Source: an uncultured Clostridia bacterium (GTDB lineage: Bacteria; Bacillota; Clostridia; Oscillospirales; Acutalibacteraceae). Taken from it: a stretch of DNA of 64,000 nt. Of this stretch, positions 31,353 to 41,593 are shown piece by piece. The DNA is taken from assembly GCA_947166135.1 (NCBI GenBank), contig CAMVDB010000002.1, positions 14,189-78,188 on the forward strand, given 5' to 3'. How positions within the stretch are numbered: the first letter of the stretch is position 1; each line of letters starts with the position of its first letter. The position numbers and the translations under genes are program-made. The notes below the pieces were generated by a model. It was not told the DNA's origin. It saw nothing but the letters and a program-made list of their open reading frames with translations, and did not search any database.

Positions 31353-31378
31353 GGTTTGCTCCTTTATGTGACTAAACA

Positions 31379-31404
31379 GGGCGGGGAGTAAGTCCCCGCC
31401 CTAC
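31379..31404 (-). repeat. GTAG-type REP palindrome
   Basis: Minus strand GTAG-GGCGGGGACTTACTCCCCGCCC. Confidence 0.7.
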
Positions 31405-31418
31405 AAGATTGATTAGGT

Positions 31419-33770
31419 TCAAATCGCTTCCAGCTCACAGCCGCAGTCATCTTCGAGAATACTGTGCTTGACGCGGTCCTGTACCTCCGCCTTCTTCGCA
31501 TTATTGAAGCGGTCGAGGGTACCGACGAGATAGCCGGTAATGCGTCGGATACGCTCAACGCCGGAGCCTTCCTTGGTAATCTTGCGTCCGCACTGCGGGC
31601 AGTAGTCGCCGATGATGCCGGTGTAGCCGCAGACAGGGTCACGGTCAACAGGATGGTTGATCGAGCCGTAGCCGATTCCCTCCTCCTTCATGCAGCGAAC
31701 GACCTGCTCGAAAGCCTCGAGGTTTTCGGACGGATCGCCGTCCAGTTCAACGTATGAGATATGACCGGCGTTGGTCAGCGCATGATAGGGAGCTTCGATC
31801 TTGATCTTGTCAAAGGCGCTGATCGGATAGTATACCGGTACATGGAAGGAGTTGGTGTAGTATTCGCGGTCGGTGACGCCCTTGATCACGCCAAAGCGCT
31901 CCTTGTCCATACGGACGAAACGTCCCGAAAGACCTTCGGCGGGAGTTGCCAGACAGGTGAAGTTCAGACCGGTCTCTTCGCCTTTCTTATCGAGCTTCTT
32001 GCGAATGAAGGAAACGATCTCAAGACCCAGTCGCTGGGCTTCTTCCGACTCGCCGTGATGCTTACCGATCAAGGCGACCAGTGTCTCAGCCAGACCGATG
32101 AAGCCGAGGCTGAGGGTTCCGTGCTTGAGTACCTCGCGTACCTCGTCGTCGATACTGAGCTTTTCGGAGTCGATCCATACGCCCTGACCCATCAGGAAAG
32201 GATAGTTGCGTACGTGCTTCTGGCACTGGATCTCGAAGCGCTCGAGAAGCTGAGCGATACCGAGGTCGACCATGCGGTCGAGCTGATCGAAGAAGAAATC
32301 GACATTCTTGTTGGAGAGGATCGCGAGTCTCGGCAGATTGATAGAGGTGAAGCTCAGGTTGCCTCTGCCGTAGGTGATTTCACGGCTCGGATCGTAACGG
32401 TTGCCGATGACGCGGGTACGGCAGCCCATGTATGCGATCTCGGTCTCGGGATGACCGGGCTTGTAGTAAGCGAGGTTGTAGGGTGCGTCGATGAAGGCGT
32501 AGTTGGGGAAGAGGCGCTTCGCCGATACGCGGAAGGAGAGCTTGAAGAGGTCGTAGTTCGGATCCTCGGGGTTGTAGTTGATACCCTCTTTGACCTTGAA
32601 GATATGAACGGGGAAGATCGGGGTCTCGCCGTTGCCCAGACCCTTCTCGGTCGCGAGCAGGATATTCTTGATGACCATACGGCCTTCGGGGGTGGTATCG
32701 GTACCGTAGTTGATGGAAGAGAAGGGTACCTGAGCGCCTGCACGGGAGTGCATGGTATTGAGGTTGTGTACGACAGCCTCCATCGCCTGGAAGGTCGCGC
32801 GGTCGGTCTCGGTGAGCGCGTGCTTCTTCGCGAAGCGCTGGAGCTTTCCGGCAATCTTCTCGCCGTATTTTTCGGTGAGAAGTTCGAGCTCCTTCGCTTC
32901 ATACTCAGCGGTGGATTCGAGCTTCGCCATCTCGCCGGTAGCTGCCTCTGCGGCGGCACAAATCGCCTCGATGCTATCCTTGGCATCCTCGTCGTCGGCA
33001 AGAAGCTCAGCGCCGCGGCTGAGATTTGCACGATAACGCTTGTTATAGGTCTTAGCTACACCCGGCGCCATGCTGTAGTCGAAGTTCGGTACGGACTGAC
33101 CGCCGTGCTGGTCATTCTGGTTGGACTGGATCGCGATGCACGCAAGCGCAGCATAGGTAGAGATATCGTTCGGTTCACGGATGAAGCCGTGGCCGGTGGA
33201 AAAACCGCCCTTGAAGAGCTTTAACAGATCGATCTGGCAGCAGGTAGTGGTCAGGGTGAGGAAGTCGAGGTCGTGGATGTGGATATCGCCCTCGCGATGC
33301 GCCTTCGAGAACTTCGGATCGAGGACATACATCTGGTAGAATTCCTTCGCGCCCTCGGAGCCGTACTTAAGCATCGTGCCCATCGCGGTATCGCCGTCGA
33401 TGTTGGCGTTCTCACGCTTGACGTCATTGTCCTTTGCAGACTTAAAGGTCAGATCCTCATAGATCTTCATCAGCTTGGTGTTCATCTCACGCACGCGGGT
33501 ACGCTCCGCGCGATAGAGGATAAACTCCTTCGCGGTTCTGGCGTGACCGTTCTCGATCAGGATCTTTTCGACGGTATCCTGTACATGCTCGACGGTGGGG
33601 GTCTGGTTATCCTCCGCTTCGAGGTATTCCATTACCTTTGCGGCGAGATTCTCGGCGCTCTCATAGTCATTTCCGCCGATCGCGTGTGCCGCCTTGTAGA
33701 TGGCGTTAGTGATCTTGTCCTTGTTAAATTCAACCGCGCGTCCGTCGCGCTTCACGATTTTACGGATCAT
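31419..33770 (-). CDS. nrdD: Anaerobic (class III) ribonucleoside-triphosphate reductase, copy 2 (divergent type)
   Basis: ATP cone, TTTCCQID, YMGCRTRV, DPVCG..CPQCG and glycyl-radical loop RRITGYLVG. Confidence 0.95.
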   Translation of the reverse strand: MIRKIVKRDGRAVEFNKDKITNAIYKAAHAIGGNDYESAENLAAKVMEYLEAEDNQTPTVEHVQDTVEKILIENGHARTAKEFILYRAERTRVREMNTKLMKIYEDLTFKSAKDNDVKRENANIDGDTAMGTMLKYGSEGAKEFYQMYVLDPKFSKAHREGDIHIHDLDFLTLTTTCCQIDLLKLFKGGFSTGHGFIREPNDISTYAALACIAIQSNQNDQHGGQSVPNFDYSMAPGVAKTYNKRYRANLSRGAELLADDEDAKDSIEAICAAAEAATGEMAKLESTAEYEAKELELLTEKYGEKIAGKLQRFAKKHALTETDRATFQAMEAVVHNLNTMHSRAGAQVPFSSINYGTDTTPEGRMVIKNILLATEKGLGNGETPIFPVHIFKVKEGINYNPEDPNYDLFKLSFRVSAKRLFPNYAFIDAPYNLAYYKPGHPETEIAYMGCRTRVIGNRYDPSREITYGRGNLSFTSINLPRLAILSNKNVDFFFDQLDRMVDLGIAQLLERFEIQCQKHVRNYPFLMGQGVWIDSEKLSIDDEVREVLKHGTLSLGFIGLAETLVALIGKHHGESEEAQRLGLEIVSFIRKKLDKKGEETGLNFTCLATPAEGLSGRFVRMDKERFGVIKGVTDREYYTNSFHVPVYYPISAFDKIKIEAPYHALTNAGHISYVELDGDPSENLEAFEQVVRCMKEEGIGYGSINHPVDRDPVCGYTGIIGDYCPQCGRKITKEGSGVERIRRITGYLVGTLDRFNNAKKAEVQDRVKHSILEDDCGCELEAI

Positions 33771-33838
33771 GTTAACCTAAACTCCTTTATCTTCATCTTG
33801 GTTCTGCTGTAACTCTTTTGTTACAAAAAGATTGCCCG

Positions 33839-34029
33839 CCACTATATCTTGTGCACGGGTCATAAGCCTGTCATAATATAACAGATTAGCGCCGCGAAAT
33901 CAATTGTTAATTTACACGATAATAAATTTTTTCTTTGTGGAATTTGATATGATTTTCGAAAATGATATTCTTAAAAGAATTATAACAATTTATTGTGACC
34001 GAGATACACTCTACCACAATATCTTGTGC
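33839..34029 (-). promoter_or_regulatory. nrdD2 promoter region with three NrdR boxes
   Basis: CCACTATATCTTGTGC (33839-33854), TAACAATTTATTGTGA (33983-33998) and CCACAATATCTTGTGC (34014-34029, 31 bp from the previous box). Minus-strand TTGATT-17-TATATT at 33903-33875. Confidence 0.75.
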
Positions 34030-34147
34030 TTGATGTCATTCTTGTAACAATCGGTAAAATCCGTGTCATTGTTAATTTGCATAAAGAAAAATGATGTTTG
34101 GCATGATGAAATCGCATTCAACATTACGTCTGTATCCGGTGTTCTAT

Positions 34148-34176
34148 AAAAAACCGCCCCCGATGACCGGGAGCGG
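34148..34176 (-). terminator. Intrinsic terminator after putP
   Basis: Minus-strand CCGCTCCCG..CGGGGGCGG followed by TTTTTT. Confidence 0.65.
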
Positions 34177-34201
34177 ATGGATGATTGTATACGATTGATT
34201 A

Positions 34202-35746
34202 TCAGATCTCGACAGTATTGACCTTCTCGAATTCCTCGACGATCTCCTTCGAGGGAGCCTTGGTGATGAGGGTCGCGATGATCGCGACGATCAGTGCCAG
34301 CGCAAAGCCGAGTACCAGAGAGTACAGACCTGTCTTAGCGTACAGGGTCTCGCCGCCGAAGGGGATGTAGTCCCACAGGATAACGGTCGCGAAACCGGTG
34401 ACCATACCCGCGATAGCACCGGGCAGGTTGAAGCGCTTCCAGAACAGGGACAGCAGGATGATCGGACCGAAGGCTGCGCCGAAGCCGGCCCAGGCGTCGG
34501 ATACCAGACCCATGACGGAGGAGTTGGGATCGAGAGCGATCACGAAAGCGATGATCGCGACGACGACGACGGCGATCCTGCCGACGTTCAGTGCGCTCTT
34601 TTCGCTCGCGTCCTTCTTGATGACGCCCTTATACATATCCTCGGATACCGCGGAGGCGGTTACCAGCAGCTGGCTGTCAGCGGTAGACATGATCGCCGCG
34701 AGGATGCCGCAGAGGAAGATGCCGCCGATGAAAACAAGGAAGACGTTGCTGGAGAAAATCTGCTGGATGGTCTTGATGAATACGACCTCAGACTTGCCGC
34801 TTGCGACGAGATCCTCATTCAGGAAACCGCGTGCGATCAGACCGAGGAAGGAAGCCGCGCCCAGGGACAGGATGACCCATACGATGGCGATGATACGGCT
34901 CTTCTTGACCTCTTTATCGCTCTTGATCGCCATGAAGCGAACGAGGATGTGCGGCATACCGAAGTAACCCAGCGCCCAACCGAGGTTGGAGATGATCGAT
35001 ACAGCGGTGATCGGGTTGCCGTCGCCGTCCTTCATCAGGCTGACAAAGCCCGCGGGATCGGCTATGCCCTTTGCACTCAGCGCGCCGGTCAGGTCGCCGT
35101 TGATACCGATATACGCGATGATCGGAACCGCCAGGATCGCGACGAGCATCAGAAGACCCTGGATGAAGTCGGTGTAGCAGACCGCCTTGAAACCGCCGAG
35201 CAGGGTATAGACCAGAATAACGACAGCCGCGACGATCAGACCGATCATGTATGCAGTGTGGTCGTCTGCGCCGGTACCGAATACGTTCGCAAAGAGCTTA
35301 GCGCCCGAAGCAAACGCCGAAGCGGTGTAGACGGCGAAGAAAACGATGACGATGACCGAGGAAACGATCTTGAGTACGCCCTTCTTATCGTGAAAGCGGT
35401 TCTCAAAGAAGCTCGGGATAGTCAGCGAGTTGTTCGCGACGATGGTGTACTTTCTCAGTCTGCGCGCTACGAGGAACCAGTTGAGGATGGTACCGATCAG
35501 AAGACCGATCGCGATCCAGACCTCGCCAGTACCCGCGACATAGATCGCGCCCGGTAGACCCATCAGCAGCCAGCCGCTCATATCGGACGCCTGCGCCGAG
35601 AGCGCCGCTGTCCACGAGCCGAGGCCTCTACCGCCGAGGAAGTAGTCCTCGTTGTTGCTCTGTTTACTGTTCAGGGCGCCGATGAGGATCATCAAGCCCA
35701 TGTACACAACAAAAGCAACCAGAATGATAATGGTGTTTGTTGACAT
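34202..35746 (-). CDS. putP: Sodium/proline symporter (SSS family)
   Basis: ALSAQASDMSGWLLMGLPG, WALGYFGMPHILVRFMA, AAIMSTADSQLL and AWAGFGAAFGP motifs. Confidence 0.93.
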   Translation of the reverse strand: MSTNTIIILVAFVVYMGLMILIGALNSKQSNNEDYFLGGRGLGSWTAALSAQASDMSGWLLMGLPGAIYVAGTGEVWIAIGLLIGTILNWFLVARRLRKYTIVANNSLTIPSFFENRFHDKKGVLKIVSSVIVIVFFAVYTASAFASGAKLFANVFGTGADDHTAYMIGLIVAAVVILVYTLLGGFKAVCYTDFIQGLLMLVAILAVPIIAYIGINGDLTGALSAKGIADPAGFVSLMKDGDGNPITAVSIISNLGWALGYFGMPHILVRFMAIKSDKEVKKSRIIAIVWVILSLGAASFLGLIARGFLNEDLVASGKSEVVFIKTIQQIFSSNVFLVFIGGIFLCGILAAIMSTADSQLLVTASAVSEDMYKGVIKKDASEKSALNVGRIAVVVVAIIAFVIALDPNSSVMGLVSDAWAGFGAAFGPIILLSLFWKRFNLPGAIAGMVTGFATVILWDYIPFGGETLYAKTGLYSLVLGFALALIVAIIATLITKAPSKEIVEEFEKVNTVEI

Positions 35747-35998
35747 TCTTTTCCCTCCAATAAATATTGGGACCGATTTTGTTCAGTCATAGACATAAAA
35801 CAGATCGGTCATTTGTTTTTGCACTTTTGTATTTTAACACATCGAAGAGTGAAACGCAAGATAGAATAAAGTATAGACTTAATTCAGTACAATAATTGAA
35901 TAAATAAATAAAAAGTCTGTTATAAAGCCGTTTTATAACAAGACCCTATAACAGACCGAATACTTGACGAAAAATAAATTTAAATCGTAACCGCTTGC

Positions 35999-36586
35999 TT
36001 AGCGATTCTCTCTGATACCGCAGAGGAAGAGCGGCATGGTGTTTCCTGCGTATTCCGCGAGCGAGTATTCTCCACCGTGAAGACACCAGTCATACAGCAG
36101 CGCCCGCTCCGCGATCGCGTACAGCCGAACGATCTCTGCGGAGGATTTCTGCCGCGTGATCTCGCCGCGCGACTGTCCATTCTGCACCAGCTTTTTTAAC
36201 AGGCGGTAGTACAGTCGGCTCTGGTCGAGAAGCTCTTTTTCACCGCGTTTAGAGAGCTGCTGCGCGTACAGCCGTGATAAAAGCTCGATATCGATGTTGT
36301 TCTCGATCATCATGAAAAGCTCGCGGGTGAGATAGATCATGTTCTCGATCGCGTCGCGGTCATAGTCGAGCTTTTGCTCCAGCTCCGCGTATTTTTCGTC
36401 GAATAGATACGCAAGCGAGCCGATCAGGTTGTCCTTGCTGTCAAAGTAGTGATAGAACGACCCCTTGGAGGTGCCGGATAGCTTGATGATCTCGTCGACG
36501 GTCGTATTCTCGAAGCCCTGATCATAGAACAGCTGCCACGCAGCCGAGACGATCTTGCTCTTTGTATGATTCGACGCTTTTTTCAT
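35999..36586 (-). CDS. TetR/AcrR-family transcriptional regulator
   Basis: TKSKIVSAAWQLFYDQGFENTTVDEII..SKGSFYHYFDSKD HTH. Confidence 0.9.
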   Translation of the reverse strand: MKKASNHTKSKIVSAAWQLFYDQGFENTTVDEIIKLSGTSKGSFYHYFDSKDNLIGSLAYLFDEKYAELEQKLDYDRDAIENMIYLTRELFMMIENNIDIELLSRLYAQQLSKRGEKELLDQSRLYYRLLKKLVQNGQSRGEITRQKSSAEIVRLYAIAERALLYDWCLHGGEYSLAEYAGNTMPLFLCGIRENR

Positions 36587-36730
36587 TTTTTCACATCCTT
36601 AAGTATTCTGTACTTCATTCTATACTTCGGTCTATTCCTTGTCAAGCCAATTATTTTTATCTATATATTGTAAAAGCTCGCTGTTTGTATTATAATACCT
36701 ATATATGCATTTCTTTACGAGGTGACAGAT

Positions 36731-37939
36731 TTGGAAGAGAATTTACTGTTTACCCGCCGACTTTGGGCGGAGATCAATATGGATTCGATCAAGCATAATT
36801 ACGAGTCGATCCGCGCACAGATCGGTGAGGGCGTCAAGCTCTGCTGCGTCGTCAAGGCGGATGGTTACGGTCACGGTGCGGTGGAGATATGTAAGCTCTA
36901 TCACGAGCTCGGGGTAGATTTCCTCGCCGTATCCAACCTGGATGAGGCGCTGGAGCTCAGGCGTGCCGATATCACGGAGCCTATCCTGATCCTCGGCTAT
37001 ACGCCCGCGAACCGCTGTCGCGATCTCTCCCGTCAGAATATTTCGCAAGCTGTCTACAGCCTCGATTATGCCCGTGAGCTGTCGGCTCAGTGCGAGCAGT
37101 TCGGTGTAGACGTTAAGGCGCATATCAAGCTCGATACCGGAATGAGCCGTATTGGATTTATGTGTCAGGAGTTTCCCCGTGATAATAATTCTATTGAAGA
37201 AATAAAAGAAGCCTGTACCTTGCCCCGTATCATCCCCGAGGGTATTTTCACTCATTTCGCGGTAGCGGATGACGGTGAACGCGGCGAGGATTATACTCTC
37301 AGACAGTATGAGAACTACGTCCATACCGTAGACGCGCTCGAGAGGGCGGGGATTCGTTTTGAGATCCGCCACTGCTCCAATTCCGGCGCGATCATGGATT
37401 ATCCCGCGATGCGGCTCGATATGGTTCGTGCGGGTATCATCCTGTACGGTTATGCGCCGTCTGACTGCATGCGGCATGCGCTCGATCTGCGTCCCGCCAT
37501 GCGCCTTAAGACCCTGATCTCTCATGTCAAGACCGTCAAGGCAGGCACCACCGTCAGTTACGGCAGAACCTTTACCGCCGAGCGCGATATGCGGATCGCT
37601 ACCGTGCCTGTCGGTTACGCCGACGGCTACATACGCGCTTATGCCGAGGACGGTTATATGTTCGTATGGGACAAGACCAAGAAGTTCGGTAAGAACTGTA
37701 AGATCATTGGACGTATCTGCATGGATCAGACCATGCTGGACGTGACCGATTTCCCCGAAGCGGAGGTCGGTAATGTGGTTGTCGTATTCGGCAACGGTAA
37801 GGACGGAGAACCCACCGCCGAGGATATCGCCCGCTGGGGCAACACCATCAGCTACGAAGTGCTCTGCGCCGTGTCTAAGCGCGTCCCGCGACTCTACCGT
37901 ACCAACTGGATCACCGGTAACGTCGTTTATAAACTGTAA
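36731..37939 (+). CDS. alr: Alanine racemase
   Basis: VVKADGYGHG (PLP lysine), HIKLDTGMSRIG, VPVGYADG and GRICMDQ motifs. TTG start inferred from GAGGTG RBS. Confidence 0.95.
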   Translation: MEENLLFTRRLWAEINMDSIKHNYESIRAQIGEGVKLCCVVKADGYGHGAVEICKLYHELGVDFLAVSNLDEALELRRADITEPILILGYTPANRCRDLSRQNISQAVYSLDYARELSAQCEQFGVDVKAHIKLDTGMSRIGFMCQEFPRDNNSIEEIKEACTLPRIIPEGIFTHFAVADDGERGEDYTLRQYENYVHTVDALERAGIRFEIRHCSNSGAIMDYPAMRLDMVRAGIILYGYAPSDCMRHALDLRPAMRLKTLISHVKTVKAGTTVSYGRTFTAERDMRIATVPVGYADGYIRAYAEDGYMFVWDKTKKFGKNCKIIGRICMDQTMLDVTDFPEAEVGNVVVVFGNGKDGEPTAEDIARWGNTISYEVLCAVSKRVPRLYRTNWITGNVVYKL

Positions 37940-37961
37940 AGGAAAACAAAGATCATGATTT

Positions 37962-37986
37962 GTAGGGGGCGGCGCCTCGACGTCCC
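37962..37986 (+). repeat. GTAG-type REP palindrome
   Basis: GTAG-GGGGCG-GCGCCTCGA-CGTCCC. Confidence 0.6.
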
Positions 37987-38002
37987 GTGAAGCAGGTGTT
38001 TT

Positions 38003-40597
38003 ATGAAACTGTTAGTAGTAGACGGAAACAGTATATTGAACCGCGCGTTCTACGGTATCAAGCCGCTGACCACTAAGGACGGTCAGTTCACCAACGCGAT
38101 CTACGGCTTTCTGACGATGTTTGAGCGCATGAAGGCAGATGTTCAGCCCGATGCGGTCGCGATCGCCTTTGATCTTAAGGCGAAGACCTTCCGCCATAAG
38201 ATGTACGATCTCTATAAGGCGAACCGTAAGGGGATGCCCGAGGAGCTGTATATGCAGATGGCGCCGCTCAAGGAGCTGTTGACCGATCTCGGCTACAAGC
38301 TCGTTACCTGTGAGGGGTATGAGGCAGACGATATCCTCGGTACCCTCAGTAAGGCATGCGCCGATTCCGGTAACACCTGCGTGATCGCTACCGGTGACCG
38401 TGACAGCCTCCAGCTCGTGAACGACAGCGTTTCCGTTCGCCTTTCTAAAAACCTCAACGGTACGATGCTATATACCCCCGAGGTCGTTCATGAGGAATAC
38501 GGCGTCGAGCCGAAGAAGCTGATCGAGATCAAGGCAATCCAGGGCGATACCTCCGACAATATCCCCGGTGTAGCGGGAATCGGTCCGAAGGGCGCGACCG
38601 AGCTGATCCAAAAGTATGATAATATTCAATATATATACGACCATCTCGACGAGCTCGATATCAAGCCCGGCATGCGCGCAAAGCTTGAAAAGTCGAAGGA
38701 CAATTGCTTTATGAGCCGTGATCTCGGCGAGATCTGCCTGACCGCTCCCGTCGATACCGATCTCGAGAGCTACATGGTAGGGGAGGGCGACAAGGCTGCC
38801 GCCGCCCGACTGATGGCGCGTCTGGAGCTCTTCTCTCTGATCAAGAAGTTCGATCTGGAGCTTACGGAGGACAGGACCGTCGCGCAGGATGCGCAGCGCA
38901 CTTTCAAGGTGATAGACGCCGATCCCGATACACTTGATAAAATTCTCTCAGAGAAAAATATTTACGTTAAATTTTCTTTTGAAGAAAAACATACAGAGAG
39001 TCATTACGAGGGAAAAAGCCCGTGGCAAGCTCAACCTGTTGTTGCATATATTTCCACAGAAGAAATATTATATAGAATTAATTCTTTAGAAGAAATTAAG
39101 AAACTGTTGATCAGCGGAAAGAAGATCTATACCGATAACAGCAAGTCCGTTTTCGCCTACTGTGATCGGGGGGGGATCGAGCCCGATATCGCCTTCGATA
39201 TCTCGCTTGCCGCCTATTTGCTCAGTCCGTCATCTTCGAGCTATGAGCTCGAGCGCCTCTGCGCCGAGTACAGTATCCCTGTAGCGGCAACGGAGGACGA
39301 GACCGAGGGGATCCCGTATATCCACGCGATGCCCTCCTTGTGTAAGCGCCTCGCCGATGATATTCACGAGATCGGCAACGATAAGCTGCTGTATGAGATC
39401 GAGATCCCGCTCGCACGGGTGCTGGCGAGGATGGAGAACCTCGGCTTTGCCGTCGATGTGGACGGCATCCGTGACTACGGAGAGAAGCTCAGCCGCGAGG
39501 TACAGGAGCTGCAGGCTTCTATCTATGAGGACGTCGGTTACGAGTTCAACATCAATTCCCCCAAGCAGCTTGCCAAGGCGCTTTTTGAGGACTTGAACCT
39601 CCCCGCCCGCAAAAAAACCAAGAGCGGCTATTCCACTAACGCCGAGGTGCTTGAGGGTCTGATCCCTCTCCACCCCGTGATTTTGAAGATACTCGATTAC
39701 CGCGCGGTCGCGAAGCTCAAGTCCACCTACTGTGACTCACTGATCGACAAGGTCGCTCCCGACGGACGGATCCACTCTTCCTTCAACCAGACTGAGACCC
39801 GCACCGGGCGTATCAGCTCCACTGAGCCTAATCTGCAGAACATCCCCGTGCGTACCGAGCGCGGCAGAGAGTTCCGCCGCTTCTTCAAGGCGAAGGAGGG
39901 CTGTGTGCTGGTTGACGCGGACTATTCCCAGATCGAGCTGCGCGTGCTCGCTCATTTCTCGGGCGATAAGACGATGCAGCAGGCGTTCCGCGATAATATC
40001 GACATCCATACCGTGACCGCTTCCGAGGTGTTCGGCGTGCCGATCAACATGGTAACGCCCCTGATGCGTTCCCGCGCCAAGGCGGTCAACTTCGGTATCG
40101 TCTACGGTATCGGCGCTTTCTCGCTGTCGAAGGATATCGGCGTTTCCGTGCGCGAGGCGCAGAAGTATATCGACAATTATCTCAACCGATTCTCGTCTAT
40201 CAACAGCTATATGAACGAGGTCATCGAACGCGCGAAGACTGACGGCTATGTCACCACCCTCGAGGGCAGACGGCGTTATCTGCCCGAGCTTTCCGCGTCG
40301 AACCGTAACACCCGCATGTTCGGCGAGCGCGTCGCCCGCAACGCTCCTATCCAGGGTACCGCCGCGGATATCATCAAGATCGCGATGGTACGTGTCGATG
40401 AGCGTTTGAAGCGCGAGGGACTGGAGTCCCGCCTGATCTTACAGGTACACGATGAACTGCTCGTCGAAGCCCCTGCGTATGAGAGTATGCAGGTCGCGAT
40501 GCTCCTGCAGGAGGAGATGGAGAACGCTGTCACGCTCAGCATCCCCCTCTCCGCCGAAGCCTCGATGGGCGAGACATGGTACGAGGCGAAGGGCTGA
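38003..40597 (+). CDS. polA: DNA polymerase I
   Basis: 5'-3' exonuclease (VDGNSILNRAFY, EADDILGTL), polymerase motifs ADYSQIELR, AKAVNFGIVYG and LQVHDELL. Confidence 0.97.
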   Translation: MKLLVVDGNSILNRAFYGIKPLTTKDGQFTNAIYGFLTMFERMKADVQPDAVAIAFDLKAKTFRHKMYDLYKANRKGMPEELYMQMAPLKELLTDLGYKLVTCEGYEADDILGTLSKACADSGNTCVIATGDRDSLQLVNDSVSVRLSKNLNGTMLYTPEVVHEEYGVEPKKLIEIKAIQGDTSDNIPGVAGIGPKGATELIQKYDNIQYIYDHLDELDIKPGMRAKLEKSKDNCFMSRDLGEICLTAPVDTDLESYMVGEGDKAAAARLMARLELFSLIKKFDLELTEDRTVAQDAQRTFKVIDADPDTLDKILSEKNIYVKFSFEEKHTESHYEGKSPWQAQPVVAYISTEEILYRINSLEEIKKLLISGKKIYTDNSKSVFAYCDRGGIEPDIAFDISLAAYLLSPSSSSYELERLCAEYSIPVAATEDETEGIPYIHAMPSLCKRLADDIHEIGNDKLLYEIEIPLARVLARMENLGFAVDVDGIRDYGEKLSREVQELQASIYEDVGYEFNINSPKQLAKALFEDLNLPARKKTKSGYSTNAEVLEGLIPLHPVILKILDYRAVAKLKSTYCDSLIDKVAPDGRIHSSFNQTETRTGRISSTEPNLQNIPVRTERGREFRRFFKAKEGCVLVDADYSQIELRVLAHFSGDKTMQQAFRDNIDIHTVTASEVFGVPINMVTPLMRSRAKAVNFGIVYGIGAFSLSKDIGVSVREAQKYIDNYLNRFSSINSYMNEVIERAKTDGYVTTLEGRRRYLPELSASNRNTRMFGERVARNAPIQGTAADIIKIAMVRVDERLKREGLESRLILQVHDELLVEAPAYESMQVAMLLQEEMENAVTLSIPLSAEASMGETWYEAKG

Positions 40598-40694
40598 CAT
40601 GTGTTTATAAATGCAATAATGATAAGAATTATATATCACGAGTATCATCGATCACTGCCTTGTGCGATAGTGATTTGATACAAGGAGAGTCAAT

Positions 40695-41153
40695 ATGAAG
40701 AAACTATTATTTGTCTGTACCGGCAACACCTGCCGCAGTCCGATGGCTGAGGTGATCTTCAACTCCCTTGCTGTTCAGCAGGGGCTTGACTGGCGTGCAG
40801 AGAGCGCCGGTGTAGCGGCGGTGGGTGATCGTCCTGCGTCGCCGAACGCGATCCGTGCTGTTGCTGAGATTGGGCTGGATCTGAATATGCATCGTACGCG
40901 CTTTCTGCCCGCGATCGATCTGAATGAGTATTCGCTGTTTGTAGCGCTCGGTGAGGAGCATGCGGATATCCTGCGCTCCATCGGCATCCCCGCCGACTAT
41001 GTGCGCGTGCTGCACCGTGCGCCGAACGCAGATGACATCTACGACCTGCGTATGGATATCGCAGATCCCTACGGCGGCGATCTGAACGATTATCGTAAGT
41101 GCCGTGATGATATCGTCGGCGCCGTGAAAGCGCTGATGACCACTCTGTCATGA
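40695..41153 (+). CDS. Low-molecular-weight protein phosphatase (YwlE-like arginine phosphatase)
   Basis: LFVCTGNTCRSPMAE P-loop and DIADPYGG. Confidence 0.85.
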   Translation: MKKLLFVCTGNTCRSPMAEVIFNSLAVQQGLDWRAESAGVAAVGDRPASPNAIRAVAEIGLDLNMHRTRFLPAIDLNEYSLFVALGEEHADILRSIGIPADYVRVLHRAPNADDIYDLRMDIADPYGGDLNDYRKCRDDIVGAVKALMTTLS

Positions 41154-41593
41154 TTGCTTTGATGCAACCCGAGCATGTCGAGGCGGTGAAAGACCTGCTT
41201 GACACATGCTTTGACGAAAACAGTTGGTCTGTCGAGTCGATACAGTCGGAGCTTGAGAAGGCGGATTCCCGATGTACTGTCGCTGTAGAGGACAGTAAGG
41301 TAGTCGGTTTTCTCGCGTTTGAGCAGATCGTGGACGAAGGCAGTATCGTCGAGGTCGCCGTCTCTCCCGATTATCGTCGCAGAGGTATCGCCCGCGCACT
41401 GATTAATGAAGCTTTGCGGAGCTGTACCGGTCTTTGTACCGTTTTTTTAGAGGTGCGCGAGGGTAACGCGCCCGCTGTCGCGCTGTATGAGTCGCTCGGC
41501 TTCGAGCGGATCGCCGTCAGACGCGGCTATTATGATAATCCCAAAGAAAATGCAATCATCATGAGGAAGAATTATGAAAATACTGGCTATTGA
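41150..41593 (+). CDS. rimI: Ribosomal protein S18 N-acetyltransferase
   Basis: VAVSPDYRRRGIA, FLEVREGNAPAVALYESLGF and RRGYY..ENAIIM motifs. Confidence 0.9.
   Translation: MIALMQPEHVEAVKDLLDTCFDENSWSVESIQSELEKADSRCTVAVEDSKVVGFLAFEQIVDEGSIVEVAVSPDYRRRGIARALINEALRSCTGLCTVFLEVREGNAPAVALYESLGFERIAVRRGYYDNPKENAIIMRKNYENTGY

Noticed and set aside
31419-33770. Thioredoxin-dependent (Cys-Cys finger loop) class III RNR, or an intein/intron in either nrdD
   Set aside because: The CC pair is at the first Cys site while the finger loop is MGCR. Lengths and continuity show no intein or intron.
33808-33825. TGTAAC-N6-GTTACA palindrome upstream of nrdD2 as a Rex site
   Set aside because: Register and sequence do not fit TTGTGAA-N4-TTCACAA; a single occurrence that I cannot assign.
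35771-35810. Hairpin in the putP 5' leader as a riboswitch or T-box
   Set aside because: Too short, with no T-box AGGTGGNACC motif, no U tract on the coding strand, and no overlap with the RBS.
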